DNA of 64,000 nt, taken from Carcharhinus amblyrhynchos. Lineage: Eukaryota. Below the pieces are notes generated by a model. It was not told the origin of the DNA and did not search any database. It saw only the letters and a program-made list of their open reading frames with translations. Position 1 is the first letter of the stretch; every line of letters begins with the position of its first letter. The stretch is from the NCBI GenBank assembly GCA_965287045.1, contig OZ336885.1, forward strand, positions 66,340,001-66,404,000, in the 5' to 3' direction. A program made the translations under genes and the position numbers. Of the stretch, positions 26,583 through 40,197 are shown one piece after another.

Positions 26583-28254
26583 TGATCGTCTCAGTATTTT
26601 GACGTGTTTATTCCAAGTGTACTAATTAAGTTCACCTTCCCACAGCAATTGTACATTTGTAAATACTTACACGGATGTTTGAGATTCGCTAGCAAAACAA
26701 ATATCTGTTGGCCACCCTGATGCCTCTTGGCTTATTCGACAAATGCAAAGGGCAATTGATGGTTATCGTATCATGGTGGCTTCAGAGTCACATATTGCCC
26801 AGACTTTGAAAGGACGGAAGAGTTGCATGCTGAAAAAATGTTCGTGGATTGGACAGTTTGTTTGTTTGCTTTTCCTACCAGCAGATAACTTTGTCATGTC
26901 CACTTCTTCATCGATGAACTTTCAATTTTCATTGCATAAATTACTTCAATTTCATTTCAAAAACTATCGTAGTGACATTGTCCACTGAGTATGAGAATAA
27001 AACTTCACTTCATTGTTACTGGAAAATATCACCTCTCAAAAAACTCCTTTCTAGCTTCAGTATGTTACATTTTCCCACAACACTGTCAATAAAGACGTTT
27101 TATGTACGGATCTGACCATCATCTCTTTCATGACAAAATCCACCCCAACTTTATCCTTTCTATCTCAACGTGAGCAAATTCTGAGCCCTGACTCATTTTG
27201 CTTATATTTTCCCTAATATATCTAAATCGTTTCAAACAAACACAACATGCAGAACACGGGATATTCAGAGGATAACGGTAAGACTGAGGAAATAGGATTT
27301 ACTCATATGTGGTAATTTAGTTTCACTAATTGCCTTCATTGCCATAGGCGATCCTGTCTGATATGCCTCTACTTTGTTTCAGGAATCATCAGCTACAGCA
27401 CCATTCCCTATATTATTAGCTCATGGGACTTCATAAAAACTTACAGAAACACTACATTAAGCTGCAGAAACAAATAACTGAAATGAGTAGAAACATAGTG
27501 AAATAGGCCATTTTTCAAAAAGAAAAACATTCACATTGCATAAAGGTAGGTGGAAATACTGTGAGGATTTTGAAGTGCATTATTGGATTTAAACATTTCT
27601 TCTTGGTTTATCATGTAATTGCGGGAAGCTAATAACATCAGCATTACAGAACCAGTGAAATATTGGAGAACTGTGCAAAATTACAAGGTGAGCTACATCA
27701 CATCATTGATTTCGAAAAATATATTTGGAAATTCATAGCTGAGGAGCTCGAACAATGCAGACCAGTGATTAGATCAATGATGGTTGAACTTAATTCCGGA
27801 TTAATAGGAGCACGCATGGCAGTGCGGTATATTGGCTAATGCCAGGAGATCTGAAAGCTAGTCATGTTTTATATCGCTGGGCAATTCTGATCTGACCAGC
27901 TATTCTGGAAGTCAGATTCTATGCCATATTTGGAATTGTAGCAGACTGCAGTCTGTTGCAATTCGGTCAGTGGATCTATTAATAAATCAATATATAAGGA
28001 ACGCAGTTGATTTCTAAGGATAGAAACAGGTTGTATTTATACGGTTGCTACAATATTACGAAACGTTGCTCACTACTTCTGAGGAAAGTTGGCGTTCGAA
28101 ACAAATCGGATATAAGGTGACGGACATGTTCTCTTAAACTCTGTCATCAAACAGGTGATTGCCCTATCGACACGATATGATGCAAGTAATTTCCGGAAGC
28201 ATAATGTGACGATGGCGGCGTTGGAGTGGGGTAGACACATTAAAACGTCTCGCA

Positions 28255-28362
28255 ACACCAAGTCAAAGTCCAACAGGTTTATTTGGTAGCATGAGCATTC
28301 GGAGCGCTGAAAACTCCGAAAGCTCCTGCTACCAAATAAACCTGTGTGACTTCAACCAGTTT
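28255..28362. mobile_element. Penelope-like terminal sequence in head-to-head (fold-back) arrangement
   Basis: caggtttatttggtagcatgagcattcggag ... ctccgaaagctcctgctaccaaataaacctg; same motif as 53530-53600. Confidence 0.65.
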
Positions 28363-28469
28363 TTTCTTTTGCAAGCAGATGGTGGTTCCTCGGTACACTT
28401 TGAATCGCCAGTTGGGGGAGATTAGTTGGATCAAAACGTTCAATGTAGCTCTGACAATGTCATTAAATT

Positions 28470-28870
28470 CGATTTGATTTGATTTGATTTGATTTATTGT
28501 CACATGATTAACATACAGTGGAAAGTATTCTTTCTTGCGCATTATCGAGACAAAGTATACTGTCCTTGGAAAGTGCAGAATGTAGTGTTCCAGTCATAGA
28601 TTGGGTGTAGAGAAAGATCAACGTAATGCAAGGTAAGCCCATTCAAAAGTCTGACAGCAGCAGGGAAGAAGCTGTTCTTGAGTCGGTTGGCACATGACCA
28701 CAGATTTCGTATTATTTTTCCCCAAGGAAGAAGGTGGAAGAGAGAATGTACAGGGTGTGCGGGGTCCTTAACTAGTTTGGCTGCTTTGCCGAGGCGGTGG
28801 GAAATGTAGTCAGAGTCAATGGATCGGAGGCCGGTTTCGTGATGGATTGGGCTACATTCATGATCTTTCG
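28470..28870 (-). mobile_element. Rex1/Babar-type LINE 3' fragment
   Basis: KAAKLVKDPAHPVHSLFHLLPWGK...RLKNSFFPAAVRLLN; (atcaa)n tail at 28470-28497. Confidence 0.85.
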
Positions 28871-29251
28871 TAGGCAATAAAACAATGAGATTGAATATCA
28901 AACATGGGTCATGATCCAATGCATCTTCCAATATTGACTTAGATTTGCTTCCTCACGTTAATATCGTAAAGCAATGATGTAATCCTCACTTATATGATTG
29001 AATCAAATTCAAGTCATTGTGACAATTTGCATAAACTAGTGTTTACCTGCTGACTTAATTCTAATGTTCCTCAGGGACTCCATACCAACCTTTCCAATTA
29101 ACACTTCATCCACCTGACTTATGGTATCAGATTTGGTCTGTTCCATGACGTAATATGAACAATCAATGTGTTCCTCTCACTTAAATAAATCTTATTCGAT
29201 TCAGACACATATCAAATGAAATTTCAACTTATTCTATTCCGTCATTTGCAG

Positions 29252-29287
29252 CACTCGATAAACTGAAAGAAAACCTTAATGAAATAG
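29252..29287 (+). CDS. Micro-exon 12 (36 nt): (A)LDKLKENLNEI
   Basis: catttgcag|CACTC...AATAG|gtgagt. Confidence 0.88.
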
Positions 29288-31572
29288 GTGAGTAGAATTA
29301 ATTGAATTAATGGTGCCGTGTTGACCTATCAAGTTGTCCTGTTCATTTTTACATTCATCAGTATGAACCTAATTGCCGTTTGGAATGAAAAACAAGTGCT
29401 GAAGACGGTTGTCTTTTGTAAGAAAAATAAAATTGTTGCGGTAGGAAAAAAATCAGATGCATGCATAGAGACGGAAACGTTTGGTTTATTCCTGTCATTG
29501 GAAACGTACATTTATTAGTGTTCTCTGTAGAATAAGGCAAGCGCTTTCGATTCTTTTGGGCCCACAAACTGACCGTTTATCGTTGATATTGAAGCTCGAG
29601 GTCAGAGAATGAAGCAGAGCCCTTGACGACCAGATACGTGCAAATTAGGTTTTTGGAGCTGCATTGAAGACTGGTTGACTTCCCGGTCTCCCCCAACACA
29701 AACTCTATCAACAACATTGTTTCTAACAGAACTAAGGGAGGTCCGTCTCCTGATCGCCTCAATACTCATTCCACAGTAATATCGCAAGATGCAATCATTC
29801 ATCTCATGTCTGATATGGAAATACAACCATGATGACAAAACATAGAGATCGCGTTGTTTGTCCTAACCTTCCCGAATGAGTAATTTAGCTTATACAGCCT
29901 CGTCATCGACGTGTTTCAGAATGTTGGAATTGTTTCCATCTTCTTTCAAGTCCACTTTTTTCCTGAGTGTTCGGCCTCACTCCAGTCTGCAACAGCGCTG
30001 AACATATTTCCTGAGTAATCGTTCAGAGGGCATTTAAACTAGCGAAGAAATCATGGTGCCTTAGTACTTCTCGCTTATTTGGTCTCTCCTTCTTACTTAT
30101 AATCTCTGTCGTGCCTGAGTTTACCCAATTCTTTGATCCATGGTGAATGCACCTCAGAGCGCAGAAACAGAACATTTTGACAGCGCCAAACAAAAAAAAA
30201 GCCATGTCGTTTGTGCGGGTCAGAATGCATGACTTACCATGTTGTCCGTAATTGTCCTTATTCATTATATCCCAAGCATTATGCTGCAGCTCGTCCTTTC
30301 GCAAGTGATCGGGCAACTGCATTTCTCGTTGGTTGTGCTCAGCTGTTTCTTAAGGTATGCCTTAAAAGATTTGTTCGATTAGATATTGCACCTCGTTGCC
30401 ATTTTGGTGAATTCAATCATGCATTCCGAATCGCTCACTGTACTGGTTGGTGGGCTTATTTCGGATTGTGAATATACTGTACCTTCTGGCGGCTAGTGGA
30501 TTTTGAACCTAAAGCGACAACAGAGAACGACCGCTTCTGGGATTAGAGAGCTCTCCATTGTTAATGTTCTGGCGGCACTTTTTTTTGTGCATCCACTGTT
30601 TAAGATAGTGGCAGGCGTTTTTTGGGAAGGGGGAGGGTTCGTGCGGGGTGGAGGTAATAAGGTGGAAATTGTAGTCTGTAGTCCGCCGGCTGTCCCTCAC
30701 ATGGCATTGTTGATGTGAATGGTGACATAGTCGAACTGCCGCCAACGTTTGGAGCACCAGGTTTTGAGATGTGATTTTTTTTTTGCTTACGTGAATGGTG
30801 TCAATGACATTGTTACGGCAAAGTCGGGCTCTCGGTATTTCGGCCAGAGGTCTTCAATATACGTTTTTGCCCGAATTATCCATTGCCTACCCAAACCTAT
30901 CCATAGATTCCTGACCTTCCCGACCGAAATGTTGAAATCATGGCGATCAGTCTGCCACCTTTTGAGAACCGCGCTGACCATTTGTCATTGTTAGCAGGCA
31001 AACCCTCTTTTAGGTTCTAGCAGAGCTGATGACAGGCACACACCCGTTCTACGCTCGGATCAACATGTAAATCACTGGCGGCAAAAAGAAATATAGTCCC
31101 ATAGTCGGCGTTAGAAATGCAGCAACGACCCTAGTTTCATTCTGCCGTTCACTGAAGTGCCGCTACTCCGTGAAATTAAGGTACTCGTCAGCGAGTTTCT
31201 TCTTTTGGCATTCTGCTGCAAGTTGATATTTGGCAGAATGTTCCGTGTCGATCTTTCAAAAGTGCTAAAGTTGCAGTTAATTAATTTCGCCCTGCTGTAA
31301 TTGTATGAGAAGTTAAGATAAAGTTGTTTTATCTTAACTTCTTCCTTTAGTTAGCGCTACATTTTTCGTTCGTTTGTGTTATTTCGTCCTGCCGTTTTGT
31401 TCTGTTAATTTCTCTACTCTCATACTTCCTTTTCTTAGCCACTGTGCAACACCAAGCTTGCCTCTAAACGCTGATAAATAACACATCAGCCACGATCCAG
31501 GCAAATCACACACGCTGATTGTGAATCCTGATACTGCTCTCAGTTTATTCCATTCTATTTATGCTTTACTAG

Positions 31573-31599
31573 GTCTGAATTTAAGCCGCAAAGACAGGG
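31573..31599 (+). CDS. Micro-exon 13 (27 nt): (G)LNLSRKDR
   Basis: tttactag|GTCTG...CAGGG|gtaagc. Confidence 0.86.
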
Positions 31600-32219
31600 G
31601 TAAGCATGCAAATGAAGGGAATTTTTTTTTTTGAAGGAAACGTGGTGCTTTCAAAAATTGCTACTTCAACGCACCAGAGAGTAAACATTATTTTCTTTTT
31701 GAATTACCTCCCTTCCAAAGCACTATTTGGTTTCGTACGGATGTGACAAGTGTTACAAATTTATCGCTACTATCTAAAATAATAGGAAATAAGTCAATGA
31801 GTGAACATTTTTTAATCAGCTTTTTTTTATGTGTTGAATTAAAAATAAACCTTATTTCTTTCACGCAGTTAGAGCCGGAATGTTCTTCTTTACTGGCATG
31901 ACCACCTGTCCGATAGAATTCCACTTAGATGCTGTAATCACCGCGGCAAATACGCGATCGCATAATCCGTAGAAGACAACCAGTCGTGTCCAAATATTAG
32001 CAATACCCGAACGAAAGTAATGATGTCAGCCATTTTGTGTCTTTGACTGTAGAAATCGTCCCGCTCCCTATGTGCCAAACTGAGAGAGCCAACTATGATC
32101 ATAAGGCAATCAACATTATCTAAGCAAATAATACATCTGTGTCGAAAACTGTTAATTTAATTTACGTGAGGCACGCTGGGATGATTGTCCAAAAGTTTCT
32201 GCAGGTAGCAGGATATTTT

Positions 32220-32640
32220 GATACAATGTTTACAAAGGCTTTTAAGATTATGTCATTTGTTTGCCAAAGCAGACCATAGAAGATGAGATAATTGACCTGC
32301 AACAAAATCAAACCCTAATTCATCCACTATTTGTGAGTAGTTCTGGACACCACATTGCATGCAAGATATAAATGCAATTTGGAGGGCATAGTGGAGATTT
32401 ACGAGAATGTTGCAATAATTGGAAAATTGCAAACTACAAAGGGAGGCTTGATAGGCCAAAACAACTCTGTTGGGAAAGATGACTTTGGGACGCATAAATT
32501 TATGAGCATCCTCGAGAGATTGGAAGGACTGGGCTTATTTTCATATAGCCCAATGATCTTGGAATGTAAGATGTATCTTCAACGTAATCGATGAAACCAT
32601 TGGGGGGAAGATTGGGGTGGGGGAAGGGATAAGTCACCAG
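32220..32640 (+). mobile_element. Old CR1 ORF2 3' remnant
   Basis: degenerate F-W-T-P-H / L-E-G-I / ERLEGLGLFS-like segments. Confidence 0.5.
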
Positions 32641-34619
32641 ATAGTTATTGTCGTGTCGAAATGCCTGCTTGGAAATGTAATCGAGACTGAAACCCTCAAA
32701 ACATTGAATAGCTGATTGAGCGTTGAATTCAAATGTGGAATATTGCAGTTCTAGGAACGCAATGTTGGAAATTGGAATTCGACATGCTCGCTGCTTTTTC
32801 CGACCAGCAGGGAAAAAAGTCCAAGTAGCCTGTTCCTGTCTCATTAAATTGTCATGATCAAGTTATGTTTAATTGCAATGAAAGTTTAAGTGATTTACGC
32901 TGGTGCAACGTCATTACACCCCCACCCCAACCACCTATCCCCCCCATCCCGCTCCCTCCCCACCCCCCCCCCCCCCCCCGCCCCGCGCCACCCCACACGC
33001 CCCCACGTCTTTGTCACAGATTGCCTGGTTTACTCTGAATTCGAATCATCCATTCAAGTAATCTCCGAAAAAATGACTTGTTCATCGAACCTTTGAAAGA
33101 TTGCCATTATTGTTCTAAAAGAAATCTCAGTATGTGAAGTCAAGGAAGAGACAGCTGGTATTCAGATAACACATTCCTGTTCTTCGCGTTAAAATACAGA
33201 ACTATTTTTTTAAAAAAAACTACTGGGTATACCTATTTCATTATGCCCTCTGCAGGACGATGTAGTCATTCCCACTGCACTGTTAGCAACTTTTTCGAGT
33301 TTGTTTCACTGAAGTTTCCACTGAATTCATTGCTGAAACGTTTGATGATCCTTTACTTCAACCATATTTGTGAGAACGAGCTGCAATCATGACTACTCTC
33401 TGTGTAAAGGAAAGCACCTTAAACCCCCACTACCTTTTTAGACCATATAGTCATAATAATGGTCTATATTACTGGTAGAATCAAGACATGAGGACAGCAT
33501 GTATCTCTCTATATTTTTGAACCCTTCAATCTTAAAGCCTCAATCCGTGTTTCATCGAACGTCAATGCTATTAATCAAAAGAAAAACACTATGAAGCTGA
33601 AACCCCGGAACTTCAGTAGGTCTGGCAAGAGAAAATAAATGTTTGGAATGTGACATTACGAAGCATCCAAGGAACTAGCAGACGTCATTTTATCAAAATA
33701 TCTGCAGCTCAACATCCAGCTTAACGAATCTGAGTTGAAGATCCTCAAAATGAAAACATTAACTGTTTTTTTTTGGCCTGGATAATGTCAGCACCTTTTG
33801 TATGCTCCATCTTGGATAAATAATCTTTTTTTTGCCATACTTATTAACTTGCCAGTTTGTTCTTTAAATTATTTATTCGGTTTCACTTTTTTTTTCATCT
33901 TATCACAGACTGTAGTACAAGATTAAACGTTTTTGCATGTAGACCTTGACCATGTAGTCTACATTCACAAAACAATCAGGAGTTGCTAATCCCGGCGCCT
34001 GTAGCCAATCAATACGTCTGAACGTGTATTGTTTGAACAAAGCACCGAGCTGAGTCCAGGTAAGCAGTGACCATGCCAAATTAGGTTTCTGAATTAACTC
34101 CTACAGCTGCTATCAGTAAGTAGCTTCAATCAATCTATGTAGTTCACTGGAAGAGAAGACATAATTGCAAACAGAATCCACACTTAAAGCTCAAATGTAC
34201 ACATAGGTATAATAACACGCCAATTCAAAGTTGTAGACAGAAACACACACACACACACAATGCAAGTTTTGGACATGCCAGGTGACTTATCAACGGAAAT
34301 AAATTATTCAATCGTGTCCATGAATGTTTAGAATTCATCGAAAACGGACGCTTACAATCGTCGTGTCGAACCACATTGCTCACAGGGAATGGGTTGAATA
34401 TTTCCTGGAACGGATACTGTATTTTTACATACAATGGGACTTCCCAACAGGAAACCTAAACAAAAATATCCAGGTTCATCCCCAGTTCACGTTTCTGCGT
34501 TGCAATATGCGGATTGGTTCAAAGACTTTTTTTAACAATTAGCTTTGCTCTTATTTGTATTGCACTAGCTATCAGCTCACAACACAAAATATCACGCTTC
34601 TTACTGATGTAATATGCAG

Positions 34620-34655
34620 AATGCAACGAATTAAGGGAGAGCCTTGAAGCTAAAG
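34620..34655 (+). CDS. Micro-exon 14 (36 nt): (E)CNELRESLEAK
   Basis: aatatgcag|AATGC...TAAAG|gtaaat. Confidence 0.84.
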
Positions 34656-35735
34656 GTAAATAAATGCATTATCCATATGTATTCATTAATGTTATTAAGG
34701 TCCAGATGCCGACATTCTGCAATTTGTAGTTCAGGTAGAAATACAAGTAAATCTTGTATGTTCACGTGCCAAGAGATGAAGTGCATAGGCAAATTAATTT
34801 AACGTGCATAGAAGTGTTGTGAGAGAAAAGAAAACATATTCAACGTGTATTTGCGGGTGAGAGGATAGGCGGAACAAATTTGTGTCAAATGCTTCCACTC
34901 ATTCGAACCATGCCACGCAAATGAAAGACTGTTTGGCATGTTGTTGGCGAAATATTTGAGACTCAGGACAATATTACAAGTGTTAATTTTAGTAAAGCTA
35001 CAGTCCCATAAATTTCAGCTATTGCATCCCCCAACATAATGTCAGCAGTGAACATAGTCACTAATGGTAACCAATAATTCAACATCATATGTTCTCCACG
35101 AGGACTGAAACGTTGACCTGAATCGAAGTTGGAAACTTTCAAGCTTTGGCGACTGATTATAATTTGCATAATGTAAGTTGAGGAGAACGACCAGTTCCAA
35201 GACAATTTAAACTACGTATTTCATTTTGATATCCAATCACATTACGATCTTTTACTTCCCCGCCATAAACACACTTTGGATTATCACTGAAAATCGACTT
35301 ATTTGGGCAGCTCTACTTAGGTTGTGCCTGCATGAAAATATCCGAAGATGGAAACCTTGCGTGAGCAAAGTCACCTCTAGGGCTATCAGAAGAATCTGTG
35401 AACATATAATGAAAGAGCTATCCATTCGGCCCCAGTGGGCCCTCTCCGAGTCCCATTCCCCCTCCCACACTGGATAAGATCGTGACTGGTTTGATATTAA
35501 TGCTAAATCTCCATCTCCCATACACGCAATGGCATATTGCCCCTTCATTTTCCAACAGTATCTCCAGATCTTCCGTAGAAAAAGTACAGTGAATGCATCT
35601 GCATGACGCCATTTTTGTTTCGGAATAGAGTTTCAAAAATTCAAGGCTCTCATTTCCGTTAAAAGAGATTTGTTCGGTGTGCAGTGGAATGATAGAGCAC
35701 TCTGCACTCCCCAGGTGGCTGCATATCTGCGACCA

Positions 35736-36045
35736 GAGGCGGCACAGTGGCACATTGGTTAGCACTGCTGCCTGAGATCGTCAGCGACCCGGTTTCGATT
35801 TCGGTTTTGGGTCACTGTATGTGCGGAGTCTTCGCGTTTTTTTCCTGTGTCTTTGGGATTTCTTTCAGGTGCTCCGGTTTCCACCCACAATCCGAAACAA
35901 AAAGTGCTGGTTAGGTGAATTCTCCGTGCTAAATCCTCCATCAGTGCACTTGGACAGACACCGGAGTATGTTGCGTCGGGGATTTTCACAGAACCTTCAT
36001 TGCAGCGTTAATATTAGCCTACTTATGACAATAATAAATTCACTT
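35736..36045 (+). mobile_element. tRNA-derived SINE (HE1/V-SINE-like)
   Basis: ggcggcacagtggcacattggttagcactgctgcct head, box-B-like ggtttcgatt, gtgctccggtttccacccaca core, A-rich tail. Confidence 0.85.
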
Positions 36046-36069
36046 TCAAAAGGTCTGTGAACAAAGAGA

Positions 36070-36592
36070 AATTAAGGCGATCAGAAAATAACAGAAAACG
36101 TTGGACAAATCTCAACACGACTTGCGTCATCTCATAAGAGCATAAGAAATAGGAGCAGGAGTAGGCCATAACGCCTTTCGACCCTGCCCCGCCATTCAAT
36201 AAAATGATGGCAGACCTGAAGTGGATCAGTTCCACTTTCCCGCTTTCTCCCCATAACCCTTAATTCCCTTGTCTATCAGGAATCTATCTACCCGTGACTT
36301 AAATATATTCAACGAGGTAGCCTCCACCACTTCAATGGGTAGAGAATTCCAGAGATTCGCCACCCTTTGAGTGAAGAAGTTCCTCTTCAACTCCGTTCTA
36401 AGGTTCCCCCCCCCGCCCCCTATTTTGAGACTGTTCTGTCCTCGACCCGATCTAGCCCCTTCATTATCTTATATGTCTCAATAAGATCCCCCCCTCAGCC
36501 TTCTAAACTCTAACGAGTACAGGCCCAGTCTATTCAATCTCTCCTCATAAGCTAACCCCCTCATCTCCGGTATCAGCCTCGTAAATCTTCTC
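36070..36592 (-). mobile_element. CR1 3' fragment (same family as 48632-51352, more diverged)
   Basis: cataagaaataggagcaggagtaggcc tail in reverse complement; C-terminal ORF2 remnant. Confidence 0.9.
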
Positions 36593-38631
36593 GGGAAAGA
36601 ACAGAGGTGTTATCATTCCCCTTGTTAGAAATGATTCTTCTTCTGAACTTACTTTAATTTAGAATTCCGTCTCGCAGCATTCCAGGTCACTGCATCATTC
36701 TACCCATTCAGCATTTAAGCGTTCAATTATTCTAATATATTCTCACTCTGGTCGGACTGTTCAGCATCGACAAGCTGCGCTTCCGAATCTCGGCAAGTTT
36801 CATTCGAAAAACAATTGGAAATTCAAAGGCTTTTCTATCCAGAAGGGCAAGGGGCGAAGCCGCACGATAAAATAATCTTCCTTTAAACCCCACTCTACCG
36901 TGAGTTGAGATAATGTCGCCATCCCCTCACTCCCAACATATCACTATGCGGAATTCTGTCCATAACAGCGATCTGACTATATCTAAACCATGTGTAATCC
37001 AACAGTTGAATAGGGCACTTCAGCAGCATTTTCGGTAGGGCAATTCTCGATAGACAATTACTCTAAGATCAAAAAGGATGTAAAGAAACTAGTCTTAATG
37101 TAATATCTACAATAATTTTCTGAATGATCCACAGTTTGAGCAATGTTCAATTTAGAGGGCAAAATGCTGCAGAAAATTAGTCATTTATACTAACCGAACA
37201 CAATTCATAAAGATGACACCAGAATAGAGAGCAAAACAGAACATGTGGAGGTAGTATTAATCAAAAAGAAAGCACAATAGGATTTTTGGAAATTGTGGAG
37301 CATTCTGATTGTACAGAATTTGTTTTCACAATTGTGGAAGACAGAGCCTGGCAGAAATGATAATTAATCAGTAATGAAACACAAAATGGTTTTCATGCTT
37401 ATCTTGTTTACTTAGGAATAATATAGAACGTGGATGTTCTTTCACATGGCTAATTTGCGGCATTAAGTTATCGGAACATGCTGAAGAAACTGAGCCCATG
37501 ACAGCAGTTTAGCAGCGAGAAGCAGGGCTGAAGTTTCGAGAATGATGTCATTGGCAGTGAAGAGCGCGAGGAATGTGTTTCATTTTATGCTGCTCAAAAA
37601 TGGGTAGGTACAGGCCGAGCAAAATAAAGTAGAGAGGAGAGAAAGTGAAAGTACGACATGCCAGTAAACACAGACAACGTGAGTTTTAGTTAGAACGTTC
37701 AGGACACATATCTGCGTTTGCATAAGTGTTAATAACGTAATCAAGCTAACAGCAGTATACAAAGGATATTTGCAGCATAAAGCTGAGAGATGTAGCTGCC
37801 AAACGTTAGCAATATATATAAATGATAAAACCATCGACTGAGATGAAACAGGCTGCCAGGAATTAAAGGGACACCATATCCACAAAGATGCTGATTCAGT
37901 GCTGAATTCTAATATTTAACTTTTAAGTTTCCGCTAATCAATTCTCGTATGGTAAACAATGCGTTGTGCACTTAAAACAGATCAAAAGAATCTTTAACAG
38001 AGGATTATCAAATGTCTGAACAGGCTGCCTGTGATTCGGTCCCCTCCTAAATATTTATTCTGCAACCTTCCCAGTTCAGTTATTCAGTGAACTCGCTCAT
38101 TAAGGCTCCTGTTGAATCTGTGTCCTTCACCCATTGAGAAAGAACATCCCAACTCATAGCCATTACTTGGTTGCTGAAAAACCTTAATCTCAATTTATTG
38201 TAAAATAATCTTTAAACTGCGCCCACGTGCTATCAACATTTCTGTTGGTCGAAACAATTCCTTCAGATTTAATAACGCAAAGCCGTATTGTTTAGCAATC
38301 CAATTATGTTGACTTCAGTATGTGTCACGCACTGATACCTATGAACTTGCCTGGGGGGGAATATTTTCCTTACTGGTCGGTTTCCAGCACCGATCTGCTG
38401 CATCTTTATTTCCATCTTACCATTCCTCTTAAAATAATAATCCGAAATAGCATCAGTCAGAAACTGAATATAGTATTTATTAAAATATTAGCATGGCGAT
38501 CATATCTTTTCGAGTGCTCACACAAAAAAAATGGACCTTGCGGGCAGATCCAACAGTAAATTGAACACAGGAATCTGAATATACTGACATCAATGATTGT
38601 TAACGTTACAAATATGTGTACTTCTGGCTAG

Positions 38632-38658
38632 ATCAAATATTAGCAAAGAAAGAAAAAG
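38632..38658 (+). CDS. Micro-exon 15 (27 nt): (D)QILAKKEK
   Basis: ctggctag|ATCAA...AAAAG|gtaaca. Confidence 0.85.
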
Positions 38659-40161
38659 GTAACATAACTTAATCATTCTGTGTAATGCATAAACGTTTCA
38701 TCTTCGACATCATTTTCATTCATGGATTTTAGAATTCGCTGAAAGACGGTGTTTCGTTCTCAAAAGTCGTGGATTAAGAAACATCCAAATCCCCTCGGAC
38801 CTGAAATCACATTTACCCCACATGAAGTAGCTATCCTCCGCTAAAGTGCATTGGCCATTGAAATGCTATTGCAAGAATGGCGTTCATTGGCACGATAAGA
38901 AAAAAAAACTTCCTATGGATAATTTGTATCCATAACCCTAGAATTTCAGCACACCTTTGAAAATGCCAAACCAAGCCACAAGTCCAACGTTTTTTTTCGG
39001 ATTGTTCAGATTGTTTGCTGTTTATAATGGATTCCCTGTAGATTTCTGGTTTTCAGAATTTATATGAGAAACAACATATAGTTCCAATCATATTTCTTCG
39101 CCCATATGTTACATCAGTTGACCATCACAACTTCAGTTGTCTTAGATAAATACGTTTACTTTTTTTTTGCAATGATTCATCCAGGTTAGGTTGACTGGTT
39201 AGGTTAAAATGTAATTAGAATGAAATATTAATATTTTCCTCGTGTCTGCAGGGTCATGAAATGATGAGAGCTAATTTCACATTTCTGTAAGCTTCTTGCT
39301 ACACTACGTTTATGTATTTAATCACTTCTAGGCAAAAATTAATATCAGGAAGAATATGGGGAGAGTACAGAAGAGGATAACAGATGTTCATTCGAACGTA
39401 TCTGGAAGAAAGTACAGGACAACAGTGCTTTACAACGCACGTTTCCGAAAAATATAAAATATTTGTTGTGTTTCACTACAGCAACTTATGGGAGCATCGG
39501 CAATGGCATCTTCAAATGCGAGGCCCATGCCACCCGAAAGACTATGGCAATATACATATGGAGATGCTGCGCCTTTCAAACTTCTCAGAACGGCAGGCAA
39601 CACCTTGGCTTAAAATTATAACTTCTCCTTCACTTCGCTTAATCATAATCCTGAATGCTGTTGCTGCTGTGTTCCTGGACCACATGGATCGCAACGGTTC
39701 AAGAAGACAGCATTACACAAATTTCTGAATGACACTTACGGAGGGACAGTAAATAGCTGCCTACTCAGATGAGCCTGTATCCCATTAAAAAAAAGACAAC
39801 ACTTGTCCGTGCAACTATTGCTTTACAATGCAATTGTTTACTATATATCTACTCTATGTTCGTTTGTTAAATCGTTTTCCGACAATGCCCTGATATTCAT
39901 TAACTCTTACTCCAGATCGTTCTTTCATGTAGCCCTAATCCATACTATTTCTTACGCCACGCTTCTCTTCCATTCGTTCTCATAATACTGTTTTGCATAT
40001 CCCATTGATTCCTGTGCGTGTTTTGGTTCTGTCAGACAGTGATCAATTGTGAGAAACACGATTCCAACTGCGAACTTATTCAACATTACTTCAATTTTTC
40101 ATTGCTGAATTTAGTGGGTTATAAAGAAACATCAAACTAATCTGTCTCGTTTTCCCAACAG

Positions 40162-40197
40162 AATTGGAGAAACAGCGGAACAGTAACCTGAACTGCG
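40162..40197 (+). CDS. Micro-exon 16 (36 nt): (E)LEKQRNSNLNC
   Basis: ttttcccaacag|AATTG...CTGCG|gtcagt. Confidence 0.83.

Noticed and set aside
27253-27687. 25-nt (27253-27277) and 38-nt (27650-27687) AG/GT segments that sum to 63 nt
   Set aside because: Purine-rich acceptors, in-frame TAA in the first when spliced after exon 11, and they break the alternation; likely coincidence, though decayed exons cannot be excluded.
35736-35820. tRNA gene
   Set aside because: tRNA-like A/B boxes are the head of a SINE that continues into core and tail sequence and recurs several times in the window.
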